Source of the DNA: Phoronis australis
Lineage: Eukaryota; Animalia; Phoronida
Direction of reading: 5' to 3'
DNA: 64,000 nucleotides
Assembly (NCBI GenBank): GCA_002633005.1
Contig: NMRA01000357.1
Location: 407,075-471,074 of the forward strand
In this document: positions 42,101 to 51,549 of the stretch, piece by piece
Layout of the letters: every line of letters begins with the position of its first letter
Position numbering within the stretch: the first letter of the stretch is position 1
Translations under genes and position numbers: made by a program
Notes under the pieces: model-generated
What the model saw: only the letters and a program-made list of their open reading frames with translations
Databases searched by the model: none
Told to the model about the DNA's origin: nothing

Positions 42101-43292
42101 GGCTGACTAATGGTTTATTTTGGTTTGGTTATATAGTTCAGAGTGATAGAAACGGAAGTGCCAACGTTGCCTGGCTACCACGAAGGGCCTTATTTTGGAC
42201 ATGGCACAATTTGTGGTTTTCGTGTACAGTGTAGGAGACCTACATATTCGTTGCGACAGATCTGGAAATAAGTTTGTAGGGCAGCTTTCTCTCAGTCATT
42301 GACACTTCATATCACCATGAAGAATTTGCTGTATTCTCAGATTGTATGCTCATACTGTATTACACGTCGTGTATATTCAGGTGCTTCTGTGTGAGTCCAG
42401 ATGGCAAAGAGATCGAGAACTTCCTTGGAGTCGATAGGCGGAGCTCTGACCATCTCACATGTGGTATGGCCACTGCTTTATGTATTGTAAAATGAAAAAG
42501 TTTAGAAGCTTATCTGGGCTGCCACTCATGAACGGCTGGCATATAGCGCACATGTATGTTACAAGTGAATGTTGTGCACGATTTTCTTTTTGCAAAATCT
42601 CCCGCTTTGCACACGTGCAGAAAGCCAAGACATGCCGACCATTTTGCATAAACTGCGTTTACAACTTTAATATTTCGTGTCAGTGTTACTTAAACTTTCG
42701 CGGAAAAGCTTTACTCGACTTTCGCAATGCTTTGTATTCAATCCATCACTCTTGTCGTGTTTTCTGCAACAGGTTGTGCCAGGGAACACTACTCACAAAT
42801 GACGGCTGGTAATGACCATCCAACCGTACACTGCGACAATGTAGGAAATTATCATCAGGTTCAGTGTAAGGAGGGGGCGTGCTTTTGTGCAGACCCGAGC
42901 AGTGGCGCGCCAGTCGAAGGCACTCAACTTCCAGAAGCGGAAAAGAAGAAACTGGAAGTAAAATGCGTTATGGAGAAAAAGCGTAAGTGAAAGAAAAATA
43001 ATTAGTGTGATTAATCCGATCAAAGCAAAATAATTCAGAACTGTGTGCGATGAGATCTTTAATAAAGTTTAAAAAATTAAAAAATCGATTTCCCGAGTAT
43101 ACTTGTTCACTGCTGTTGCTGCTCTGCGTTGTAAAAAGCAATAAATTGGCATGACCGGAGAGACGGTAGAGGATTATCATTATTCTGTGAAATTACAAAA
43201 TTGTAACTATTAAAATCATATTCCTAATCACTAGTTCCATCTTAATTTCAGAAACAATGATGCCCTCGGAGGCTAAAGAAGGGCCACATTAA
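592..43292 (+). CDS. Multi-exon gene (34 coding exons, 5' end not found in window): 7 tandem lipocalin domains + Ser-Gly putative GAG-attachment segment + 2 thyroglobulin type-1 domains
   Basis: Exons: 592-647,1514-1686,4224-4294,5951-6151,7017-7072,7802-7971,8822-8892,9217-9426,9756-9803,9989-10038,18723-18856,19100-19167,20920-21138,21362-21411,21676-21809,22729-22796,23648-23866,25565-25614,25738-25871,26090-26157,27406-27624,28886-28935,29229-29362,30033-30100,30821-31039,35940-35989,37384-37517,38391-38458,38979-39197,39455-39616,41699-41864,42381-42463,42773-42982,43252-43292. All are AG/GT bounded and phase-compatible, with no internal stops; 4073 nt ending in TAA at 43290-43292. No start or signal-peptide exon identified. 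Confidence 0.88.
2150..3460 (-). mobile_element. Decayed non-LTR retrotransposon (CR1/L2/Jockey-like) reverse transcriptase fragment
   Basis: Minus-strand RT motifs YSPIFLTCTCCKILEH, SCKSQLLTF..DL, YDSKAFYKI (DFSKAFDKV-like) and QGSNYGPVIFLLFINDLP, broken by frameshifts. Boundaries approximate. Confidence 0.8.
3575..3788. mobile_element. CATG-ended MITE with 5-bp TSD (GATAT), hAT5-like family
   Basis: TIR CATGTGCGCACCCAG...CTGGCTGCGCGCATG; GATAT on both flanks; homologous to copies at 23146, 26461, 52342 and 58271. Confidence 0.75.
7017..9426 (+). CDS. Lipocalin module 2 (exons 7017-7072, 7802-7971, 8822-8892, 9217-9426)
   Basis: TECNPNVTMIQENFDIEK|FMTGENWYIVKEEGVHRVGKWKADH...|HIDGHFAVGQQPGDYHYVDSTHS|HMRFVWTDYSSALVYE...QLCLKRP. 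Closest to module 1 in sequence and exon sizes. Confidence 0.9.
9756..9803 (+). CDS. 48-nt phase 1-1 linker exon between modules 2 and 3 (KSNGHQVPTLETSNT)
   Basis: Strong polypyrimidine acceptor TTTTTTTTCAG and donor CAG|GTAAGG; open in the required frame; symmetric, so it could be skipped. Confidence 0.7.
9989..21138 (+). CDS. Lipocalin module 3 (exons 9989-10038, 18723-18856, 19100-19167, 20920-21138)
   Basis: KCNASNQVAGNFTMHK|FVGRWYIAHDNQVTPGKWRADH...|YITGRLTEESSGKYMYSDDTHS|HLRVVWTDYNTALVYE...AYFIHRERELS...HLCLTS. Exon sizes 50/134/68/219. Confidence 0.9.
10610..10714. mobile_element. Small Harbinger-like MITE
   Basis: Imperfect TIR GGCTCCATTTCATGAAA / TTTGTGAAATGGGGAC flanked by CAG on both sides. 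Confidence 0.45.
11119..18441 (-). mobile_element. Decayed Academ (AcademX-type) DNA transposon in intron of module 3
   Basis: About 180-bp imperfect TIRs starting TAGTCTAGACGCATTTCC and ending GGAAATGCGTCTAGATTA; 3-bp TSD ATA (11116-11118, 18442-18444). Minus-strand remnants: TVLTVDQAL, RAHKLSLQALW, NYAR, RTGDKSSLA, IDIVFDRY, HEEADARLVLHA and AFHAVTG (XPG/PIN-like nuclease). Confidence 0.85.
12994..16474 (+). mobile_element. Decayed Sola3 DNA transposon nested in the Academ element
   Basis: TTAA on both flanks (12990-12993, 16475-16478); TIR GAGACAGTCCATATAAAAACCA vs reverse complement AAGTGACTCCATATAAAAACCA. Transposase remnant at 14129-14494: SGNAGCYH...RYDFSESQNGKDLCDRKIAPLK. Confidence 0.82.
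19884..20124 (-). mobile_element. tRNA-derived SINE with 12-bp TSD
   Basis: Minus-strand A box TGGCCTAGTG and B box GGTTCGAGTCC; flanked by direct repeat TTTAGGTGAAGT (19872-19883, 20125-20136). Confidence 0.8.
21362..23866 (+). CDS. Lipocalin module 4 (exons 21362-21411, 21676-21809, 22729-22796, 23648-23866)
   Basis: TCEPSDRKQDDFEMEK|FTGKWYIYHGNFVHVGKWRADH...|YVKGTLTLKSAAEYIYSDSTHT|HIRILWTNYNFGLLYE...AYLIHRKRDLS...TMCLTHH. Exon sizes 50/134/68/219. Confidence 0.9.
23146..23400. mobile_element. CATG-ended MITE with 5-bp TSD (CGCAT), hAT5-like family
   Basis: CATGCGCGCACCCAG...CTGGGTGCGCCCATT; CGCAT on both flanks. Confidence 0.75.
25565..27624 (+). CDS. Lipocalin module 5 (exons 25565-25614, 25738-25871, 26090-26157, 27406-27624)
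   Basis: ICKPSDRAQEGFNIAK|FTGKWYIHQGTHLHVGKWRAEY...|YVKGVLTPKSTAKYEYSDESHS|HFRIVWTDYNFALIYE...AYFIHRHRNLS...GLCLTRH. Exon sizes 50/134/68/219. Confidence 0.9.
26461..26715. mobile_element. CATG-ended MITE, same family, TSD eroded
   Basis: CATGCCCGCACCGG...GCTGAGGGCGCCCATG; internal sequence is the reverse orientation of the 23146 copy. Confidence 0.65.
28886..31039 (+). CDS. Lipocalin module 6 (exons 28886-28935, 29229-29362, 30033-30100, 30821-31039)
   Basis: MCKPSDKVQEGFEMGK|FTGKWYITHEKHVHVGKWRSDH...|DVKGMLTQESPGIFVYSDGTHS|HFRVVWTDYNIALVYE...AYFIHKHRELS...NLCLTSQ. Exon sizes 50/134/68/219. Confidence 0.9.
33047..35055. mobile_element. Non-autonomous TIR element (about 85-bp TIRs) hosting an Academ terminal fragment
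   Basis: 33047-33133 (CACTGCAGAATGCTGAATGTTAACCAAATCCCCTTTTGTCCACTGACGTCA...) is an inverted match to about 34970-35055. No clear TSD; superfamily uncertain. Confidence 0.65.
33241..34426 (+). mobile_element. Left-terminal 1.2 kb of second Academ family (copy 1, truncated)
   Basis: Starts TAGTCCGGTCCCTTAGCAGCC; near-identical to 60905-62099. Confidence 0.78.
35940..39197 (+). CDS. Lipocalin module 7 (exons 35940-35989, 37384-37517, 38391-38458, 38979-39197)
   Basis: KCVVNQRVAPNFDIHK|FVGKWYIEQETRVHVGKWRADY...|YVKGNLTEQSQAVFKYSDALHT|HFRVVWTTSNLTLIYE...AYFLHRHPKLS...MFCLTKY. Exon sizes 50/134/68/219; TDY motif replaced by TTS. Confidence 0.9.
39455..39616 (+). CDS. Ser-Gly/acidic exon, putative glycosaminoglycan attachment segment
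   Basis: GSGESASSGDGSGETGPSFSSGDVSSGELDSSASVEGSGVGSGDVGSGSVHRLT: 8 SG dipeptides flanked by D/E; phase 1-1 exon, CAG acceptor and CAG|GTAGG donor. Confidence 0.82.
40014..41587 (-). mobile_element. Helentron-associated non-autonomous element (HINE/DINE-1-like) with internal ~400-bp tandem repeats
   Basis: Minus strand begins TTTTATGCGCCCAC, then palindrome CCACATATTTATATGTGG and a GTCCG microsatellite. It ends with the matching sub-terminal IR GTGGGTGCAT, hairpin CAACGCTCCGTGTTG and CTTGTTT. Repeat units start near 40381, 40772 and 41214. Confidence 0.7.
41699..42463 (+). CDS. Thyroglobulin type-1 domain 1 (exons 41699-41864, 42381-42463)
   Basis: C-TTRRDRI...VPVC-EQDGSYSAKQC-RGSR-CFCV-SPDGKEI...LTC: six-Cys pattern with the PxC..DG.Y..QC and C[WF]CV..G motifs. 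Confidence 0.88.
42773..42982 (+). CDS. Thyroglobulin type-1 domain 2
   Basis: CAREH...TVHCDNVGNYHQVQCKEGACFCADPSSGAPVEGT...KC: six-Cys TY pattern; acceptor CAACAG, donor C|GTAAGT. Confidence 0.9.
43252..43292 (+). CDS. Terminal coding exon (TMMPSEAKEGPH-stop)
   Basis: Acceptor TTAATTTCAG, in frame with the previous phase-1 donor; TAA followed about 300 nt later by AATAAA. Confidence 0.6.
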
Positions 43293-43595
43293 GGATTTGG
43301 CTTCTTCGAGCTGCAAACATTGGATAAATTTGCGCGGAAACTATAAACTGTAATCATTTATGATGTGCATGACTCAATTCAGTGTGAACCAGCCTACAGC
43401 ATTGTCAAGGTGACGCTAACGCATGCATTGTAACCTGATGTGTGTACTTTCTAGTCACAATTGTATGGCTTGAACAAGCTCAGTCATACGCGCTATAAGC
43501 AAAATTTGTGATTGCGGAAATTGTCATTTTTAATGATGCTTCTAAGTAAGTTGTTTACTCGTCTCGCTAGATCGTGAAATTTAATGTACACCAGG

Positions 43596-43601
43596 AATAA
43601 A
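43596..43601 (+). terminator. Probable polyadenylation signal of the lipocalin-repeat gene
   Basis: AATAAA followed about 25-45 nt later by a T-rich tract (GGCTTTTTTAATTTTCTCTTT). Confidence 0.55.
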
Positions 43602-44560
43602 CGACACCCCACGCATATAGCCACTGGCTTTTTTAATTTTCTCTTTGAAACTATTATTTCCCAATTGAGAAAAAGATTTTTCTTGGGGGAACGCTACACT
43701 CCAGGGGCGCAGGCGTAATATTTGTACTCTAAATTGAACTTGACATCATTTTTTAACTTTCTGTTCTATTTCATAACTCATGATAAGTGACTATCTGGGA
43801 TTGAGTAGATTATGGTTTGTGCATATGAGTTTCCGGTCCAACTTTGGACTTAAGAATCCCTATTCTCGTGCTGCTCGAGTAAAAACTCGATAAATTGGAT
43901 TGTTCAGACTCGAACATTTAAGCTTAATGCTGCGGTCACCATGAACAAATTATGATTATGAAGTTATCCCCGCAAGCCGTGATGTATTCGAGGCTTGATT
44001 GCAGAATAACAGACACTTATCTTGAGTTGGTACGTAAGTAGAATAGACAATGTCAAAAATAATTTCGAGTTTGTTTTCCACTAAAAAGATTAGACCTCTG
44101 ACCTTTTTATTTCAATTTGGGAGTCCGCACGGACTCGCGGCGAACTGTAAATTGTATGTCGTCTTTATAACATGAATGCCGATTGCTTATTCAATAAGCC
44201 TACTATACACTTCAATTGATTAGAGGCGTGCATGGCTTATGGAAAACCGAGTGTTAGTGCATTGAAATAAATATCTATGGACTGAGGAGGAATTTTTAGA
44301 AATTTCTAAATCCACATCTATTTCTTTTTGCTCGATGTAGCCTTTCTCATAACCTAATTAGCCACATGCATGTACCGAACGGTGAGGGCACACGTGTCTT
44401 TATATGTAGGAGGCCTTACATGTACATGTACGTGGCGTGTTGGGACTCTTCGCGTTCACTGTAACCAAAACCTAACAATTCCAGACTAACTCGCTAACAC
44501 ACCATTGCCATGCAGACCTAACATGCCTAAAATCCAAGTATGTGACACTACACCGGAAAC

Positions 44561-45315
44561 CAGGGCTCGACGTTCTCAAAATCGCCAGGTCACACTTTGC
44601 GACCTAGCCAAAATCCCAGGTCGCATTTTCAAATCAAGCTCGCATTAATAAATGCCGGGTGGCAAAACTTTATGCCATTTTTACGCACCAAATTTGAATT
44701 ATTTAGATCATCGAGAAAGTGTTTAAATTATGCTCTTCCATGCAGCGTAATATAATCACAAATTTCATGTCGCAAAGTTGAGCTCTTACATACAGGCGGC
44801 GTTGCTGTTCTTCATGAAAGGCTCTAGAGCGCAAGGCTAGTTGCCTACGTGAAAGATTAATCGGTGCTCTCTAACCGACACGTGCGTTCGAGTAGTTAAG
44901 TTAGCAACGCGAAAAAGGAGAAAAACTCGTTGAAAAAGTATCCGGTAGGACTGACCTGCTATAAGACCGATATCAAAGTCGTTAAATATCCAAACTACAA
45001 TGTAACTCTCAGTGCAAAAGCTCTCGATTTTTAGTGTTCGCTGTCTAAACTTTGCAACGTAACTCGACATTTGAAAATTATCCTCTCGAAAAAATCCGTT
45101 AAACATCGCCCTTGCCAATGCATTGGAGCAGTTCAGTGAAAATTTCACAAAAGACATGACACTTATGATGTTTACGTACTCAACAACTACGGTAAAAAGG
45201 GGGTTTATAAATATTTTCGCATTCTGCGATTTGATACGAGCTGGCAAAAATCTCAGCTAGCATTTCCAAATTTCACGTCCCATTTGCGACCTGCAGCTCG
45301 TCGTGTGGAACCCTG
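44561..45315. mobile_element. hAT-like MITE (CAGGG...CCCTG)
   Basis: TIR CAGGGCTCGAC / GTGGAACCCTG with subterminal TTTGCGACCT motifs; flanks GAAAC/TAAAC (4 of 5 match). Confidence 0.55.
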
Positions 45316-46206
45316 TAAACAGTATCAAATGAGGAAAAACGAGATAACACGCACTTAAACCTTTGGAACTTATTTATGTTTGATTATTAAAACACGTGAC
45401 TTGTTGATTAAAACTTATAATCTTAATAACATACTGTTTTATCTTTCTTCGTAATGCCTAAAAATTCCCTTGTCATGCTCTACTGATATCTTCGGTATGT
45501 AAAATCTCTTGCACACCAGTTTCTCCGGTTCCTAAGGCATAGGAACTTATAATGTATGGGGTTGGGGATAGTTTGAGCTCAACGTAATGCATCTGTACAC
45601 TCTCAATCGCCACAAGATTCCATTCAAAGTTGCTCCCTTCTCGACATATCACGCGTTAATTTTTTGCCATTTTTTCCCAGTTGCCAGTTGCACTTCTGGC
45701 ATATATAAACAAAAAACAGATAACAGCGTGTAAAGCACATCACATCCACAGACTGATAAACTTTATATCCGGAGCATTGCAAACTACCGTGTAGGCAATA
45801 GACACCCTATACACATCTAAAGAGCAAATGATGTGTTATTCAAAAGACGTACAGGTGTACATGTACCTGCAGGCTTAGAGTATCGCGCTAAGATGTAAAA
45901 CCCTTACACGTCAACATCTGAAAGGCTTGGAATTTAAAAAAACGGTAGGTTCATGCGCGCCAAAAAGTGATTTCACAGGACACGAAAATGGCCTTCACCC
46001 CTTAAATAACTTCTAACAAGAGAACATTAGCTCACATGCTGTTTACCGACAGGTGTAAGAAACTACTGTATTTAAACTAACCGACTCCGACCAGACAAGC
46101 AAGTGTCTTGTCTCCCAAACAGCATCTCTATAGCTGTAGTCTGATGATCATTTTGACCGTACGAAGCTACGATTTGATTTGTATACGTATTTCAAAATTT
46201 CATGAG

Positions 46207-46277
46207 CATGGGCGTCGCAACACTGTAATAAGTGGGGGGCTAAAGGTTCCCCAGACCCCTATGGTGCGCCACCCATG
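46207..46277. mobile_element. Tiny CATG-ended MITE
   Basis: CATGGGCGTCGCA...TGCGCCACCCATG; flanks ATGAG/ATTAG (4 of 5 match). Confidence 0.5.
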
Positions 46278-49200
46278 ATTAGGGTTGTCAAAAAAGAGCA
46301 GCTGAAATCAGTAATAAGCAATTAAATGAATTTTTGTCTCGGAATATTATTGAAAATGACAGAAACTAGAGACAATTTGAATTATTAAAATGCGCATACA
46401 AACCAGAATATACATGAAGCTTAGCCGTGGCCAAGCCAAACTGCCTCGTGTTTGAGTACATGTACCTCACAAGGGGTTGGATGCCAAAAAAGTAACAATA
46501 CGTGTGATTTGTTAGGTTGTGTTAAAAAATACAGCGACTCCAAAAAGAAAACATTGCTAAACAGAATCGTTATTAACTTCAAATTAAGCAAAAAAATGAG
46601 AGCTTCTATGATTCATCCCTTATTGAAGGATTGTACAGCCATTTTTTGGCTAAAAAGCACAGTTGGTCCGCGTCTGTATCTCGACATATTTTGAGACCTG
46701 CGCTTGCCGAGTAGAAAAATAACAAAAAAGCTTCGCCTCATCAGTATCAGCCAATGTCTTGTGTTTTGTTTGAAAACCTGCAAAGGCAGAAAGCAAGTGT
46801 AGGCAAGGTTTGGAACGCCACGTTTTGCTACGCAATGAGTAAACAGTAAGCAAATAAATAATTCCGCATCATTTTGCTGGACTCAGGTTGATTTTTTCGA
46901 ATAAGTGAAGAACTAAAGATGTACTAAAGCACCCACTCGGTTTTCAAAAATAAAAAACAAAATCTTTGCTTTGGCTTTACTTAGTAACTGACCAAAATGT
47001 ATTTTGAAAAATTAAGTAACGGAGAATATTCGGGTGGAGATCCTGAATAAGTCAGTCTGACTTAAATGACTATACTTGTCGTCCATGTGAAATAATTTTG
47101 AAATCAACTGGTATTACAATACATGCACCGTACATGAAAATCTCGACCAGGTCATGTTTTCTAAAAAAGTATCCATAATTATTGCAACTGCGTATTTATG
47201 GCAACGTCTGCGTCAACGATAATGGAGGTTTTAAAGTGCAATTTGCAAGGTGCAAGTATTTAACATTGTAATAAAATTTTTCAATGTAAAGTTACTTGGG
47301 TGTATTTTATTCAAATTATTGGGTAATTGCATCACTAGTTACTTTAAAAATGCGAAAATGAAAAATGCGCGATAAGTTGACTTTTGACATCGTGATATGG
47401 GGTAGGGGAACAAGAAATAAACCTGTAGGTCAAATCACACAATGCAGTTTACCACCATTCAACTGTGCACGGAAGAGAACGACTGTTCGACCTTGGCGTG
47501 ATTTACCCTTGTTGTGTGTACCACCATCCAGATGGAAGGTGTGAGTCCCTTTAGATTCCTATCGTAATATTTGCAGCGTCTCTTGCAGCCTCACCTTTAC
47601 TCAGAATCAAAGACTTGAACACACACTGTCTAGAGCACCAAACGCGGACGTCCTGTCCGTAGCAAGACCAGAGGAAGAGAGAAAGAGGGAGGGAGGGAGA
47701 CATCCCAAAATGCCCCAGTCGTGTGACAACACCAATACTGAAAACATGCGGCCACTAACGGACCAACACGAACATAGGAGACAATAGGAAAGCCTAGAGC
47801 ACGCAATCCTACATTTAAAACATTCCCCCATCCCTAAATAGCAGTCATTACACAAGGAAATATTGAGAAGTGAGAATGACCAAAAACATTAGACGAAAGA
47901 ATATTTAAACCTTATTCTCCTCCACCTGACAAATGCTACAAGTGAGTTAGTAGCACAACACAAAACTAATGAAAAATATTAAGTTATTGAAACTTAAGAG
48001 ACGAAACTGAAACCTGCATGGCCGAATATACAATAAAACTAGAAAGACTTGTGTTCACTGAACAATTTACTACGTAATAAAAATCTATTAACAACTTGAC
48101 CATGTGAACAAGTAACAAACACAGGACATACAGTAACACATGGACAAAACAACAAGTACTGTAACAGCAAGGTACATGTGCATGTATTTACAAACTACTC
48201 TTAACACGCGACTCCTTGGTTTACCTAAACATCAAGGAACCATACATTGACAGTCAATGGGGCTATTCGGAGAATTCTCCTCGCGGTGTCGCTGCTGTAC
48301 TAGTGGTGATTGAATTGCGCATGCGTGGCTGTCTGCATGTAAACAACTGGTAAATGATGTAATTTTTATCAGAATATGTCGTCGCGCTAAGCCTATTTAC
48401 AGCCAATTTCCCTGGTGCAAGTCTTCGACAGGTGACCACAAATTCCCAAAAGACCTAAGGTTACTATATTCGTGGACAATTGCGGTCAACAGGGTCAACT
48501 AACTGACAAAAAGTGTGTGGATGCTGAAGCCCCGTGTGTGCGCTATGACTAAGCAGTTCCATTCGGAGACTACACAACATTACTTGGTAAGTTTTTAGCC
48601 ATCAGTTTCTATCAACATCGTTCGGTGATGTTATCCCCACCAGTTACCCCACTGAATAACAGTTTTATTGAGTGGAACTAAGTGTTTCTTTTTGGAAATT
48701 CACCCGATCGATGCCGCAGGCTAGCAGCACATATTCATATTGTCCTGGATGGGACTGCTCCCAAAATGAGAGGTGTATGGTACGTGATGCACAGAAGTCA
48801 AGAGTGACTTTTTCACAGCAGTTTCTCTTCAAAACTATGCTGTTTCCAATAAAGTTCTCTAGATGAGTGAGTTTCCTTATTTTATCGTGGACCCCACCCC
48901 CAGGACCACCAGCTCAGTTGTCACCTAGAATGAATTTTACTTGTTGAGATCAGAAGCACATCTTAAGTGTCATGAAAAATACACATTGTTAAATCACTTT
49001 TAGCCTGTTTCACATATTTTAATTCAGATATTAAATAAGACTTGGGTACAAAGGTTATTAGTTTCTACACATAAACATGAAGATGAAATGTCAAGTATGT
49101 TCTGCCTTACAAAAGTAGTTTTGTCTTGTCTTTTCTTTTACAATTTGCTAATATTTCTATTCTGTTACAGGCAAGAAAAAACAACTGAAACCAACCGCCT

Positions 49201-51549
49201 GACCATCTATTTCACCGTTGGACAAAGTGAAAAGCAATCCTTCAGCAATAACCTGAGAGAATTGAACGTAATTCAGTAATTCAGCACCTGATATGCCTGA
49301 TTATGGACTCCCTCGCAATGTTGTTTCTTTCTGTGCTTTTTCAGTTTGCCATTTGTTTTTAAATACACTGATAATTGTTTATTCTCGAATCTTGTGCATA
49401 GCAGATTCTTATCCAGCTAGCTACAATTGAAAACATACAATAAGACAATCGATGCAGTCACTGAATGTCATTTCCCCATAATCTGTACCAAATTGAAAAG
49501 TTTTTACCAATAGTATAAAGCCTTTCTTCTGAAAGGAAAATTTAATGTCACTCAGCTTTTGGCTTTCATTTCACTGGGTTCTAGTTTCAATGGCCTATAG
49601 AAGCGCTTGTAAAAAAGGTCCAGTTTCAACACGTGGCTTTCTTTCATGTAACCTCATTCAGCCTCAATAACATCCACAATTAGACCCTTGAAGGTAAACA
49701 CAGCAGCATATCACTTGAATCGTTTTGAGCCCAAAATCAGACTCTGAACTAGACCAGAGTGTGACTAGGTCTTCTTTAGCTTCAGTCCCTCATGTTTCTT
49801 CCAGGAAAGGAAATAAGCTATTGTCCACACATGACTCATTGCCTATGAAAGGGCATCCTCACCAACAAGGCTTATTTGTGTAGCAGTCAGATATAGTTCG
49901 TCTGGATACACAGACACTCCACTGGCACATTGTCTTATGGTAACTTAGTACTGCGATTCACATTTCTCCAGGGCCACTGACTTGCACATTGTGCCATGCA
50001 GCACTGCTGGTGTGTGGAAGTGCTGTGGGAAGAGAACGGAGTAACAAAGCTTGTCTATGATACAGCTTGAAGTGGCCTTAAAATGTCACTGAACCTGGAA
50101 CAAATATTGAAATATGAATAATTAAGTACTCCAGATTGGATCAAAAATGTTATCCCTGTTTTTCAAAAATATATGGTGATTGGTCTACAGTTTCACATAA
50201 AAGTAAATAATTACTATTTTCAGAAACCAAGGGTGTATATAATGAGTATTGCATAAAACTGTGTCTTTATTTTTTATCCCTAGCCATAACAATTCTTTAA
50301 ACGCATCACTTGTCTGTAAAATATACAAGTTTTTTGAGACAACTTCAAACCTTTGTTACCCATTTTCAAGCCTTTTTAATTTTGATACTTTCAGCAATTT
50401 TAAACTCAGATTACAGGTTCATGGGTCTGTCAAGCATACTTCTAGCCTAAGGTTGAGGGAACCGTTTTTCTTCTAATAGAAGATATGAAGACTTGGGTCA
50501 TTTAAAAATGATGGATAATCTTTCTGTTGTTTAAGAGTAATTACAAATCGTAAGGCACCATCAAAAATGCAATTTTCACAAAAATGGCAGTCATTTGAAT
50601 TTATAACGACTTGCAACATTTCAAGGCATGAGTTAAGACTATTCAGTCACTGTGAATTCGGAAAATGTAATATATTTTCGTGGTTTTACAATTGATACAA
50701 GTAGCAAAACAGTTTCATGAAATCAACTTGAAGGGACTTCGTGAAGGTTAAGAATTACCTCACCATGCTCTTTTCCCCAAACATGTATTACCTGTTATTT
50801 CCACACATTCAGTTGTACCAAATATTACAACCCCCCATGCCAATCCTCCCTCGGGACCTGAATAAGTAATTTAACAAAATGACTTTAAAAATAGCTGTTC
50901 CTTTTCAAAGGCTTTGTTCGTTGTCTCCAATATTGAAAGTAGGCTTTGACAACAGATCTGCACTGGATGGGAAGATCTTGTTGGTTAGCTGCAGTCAAAT
51001 GCTAAAAACCAATTTTTGTCCATTCAGGGACGGTGCAGAAGCGATGCATATCTCCTCTGCACGGTACAAGCCTTCAAACCTAAAAACCAAAGGTTACGTG
51101 AAAACTGACGTGATAGATTTCCATTTCAACGTGTAATAGATTTCCAGAAGACATATGATAGGGAGTAAACAAATAGTCTAATGCAATGGATATTTATCAC
51201 TCACGTACCCTTTGCCATTGGGATTGGATTGTAATCTTAACTCATTAACCTGTATCGAGTTGACAGCATAAACATTCAGCATTGATTGATGTAACTGTCA
51301 CTGATAAACTTTTAGAAATCATTCCAAACAATAATAATGCTTTGATGTACGAAAAGATCCCGATTGCTACGTCAAGTATCGTATCACATATCACAACATA
51401 CAAAGATTAACCAGACTCTGGCTGGCGACTGACTGCCGCGGAGTCGACATCGGCGAGTGCCTCAGTTAACAGGCATCGGTAGAATAATCATGCAATAATC
51501 GTTAGAATAATCACAAACCTTACCTTTGTATGAGGTCGTGCTTACTTCC

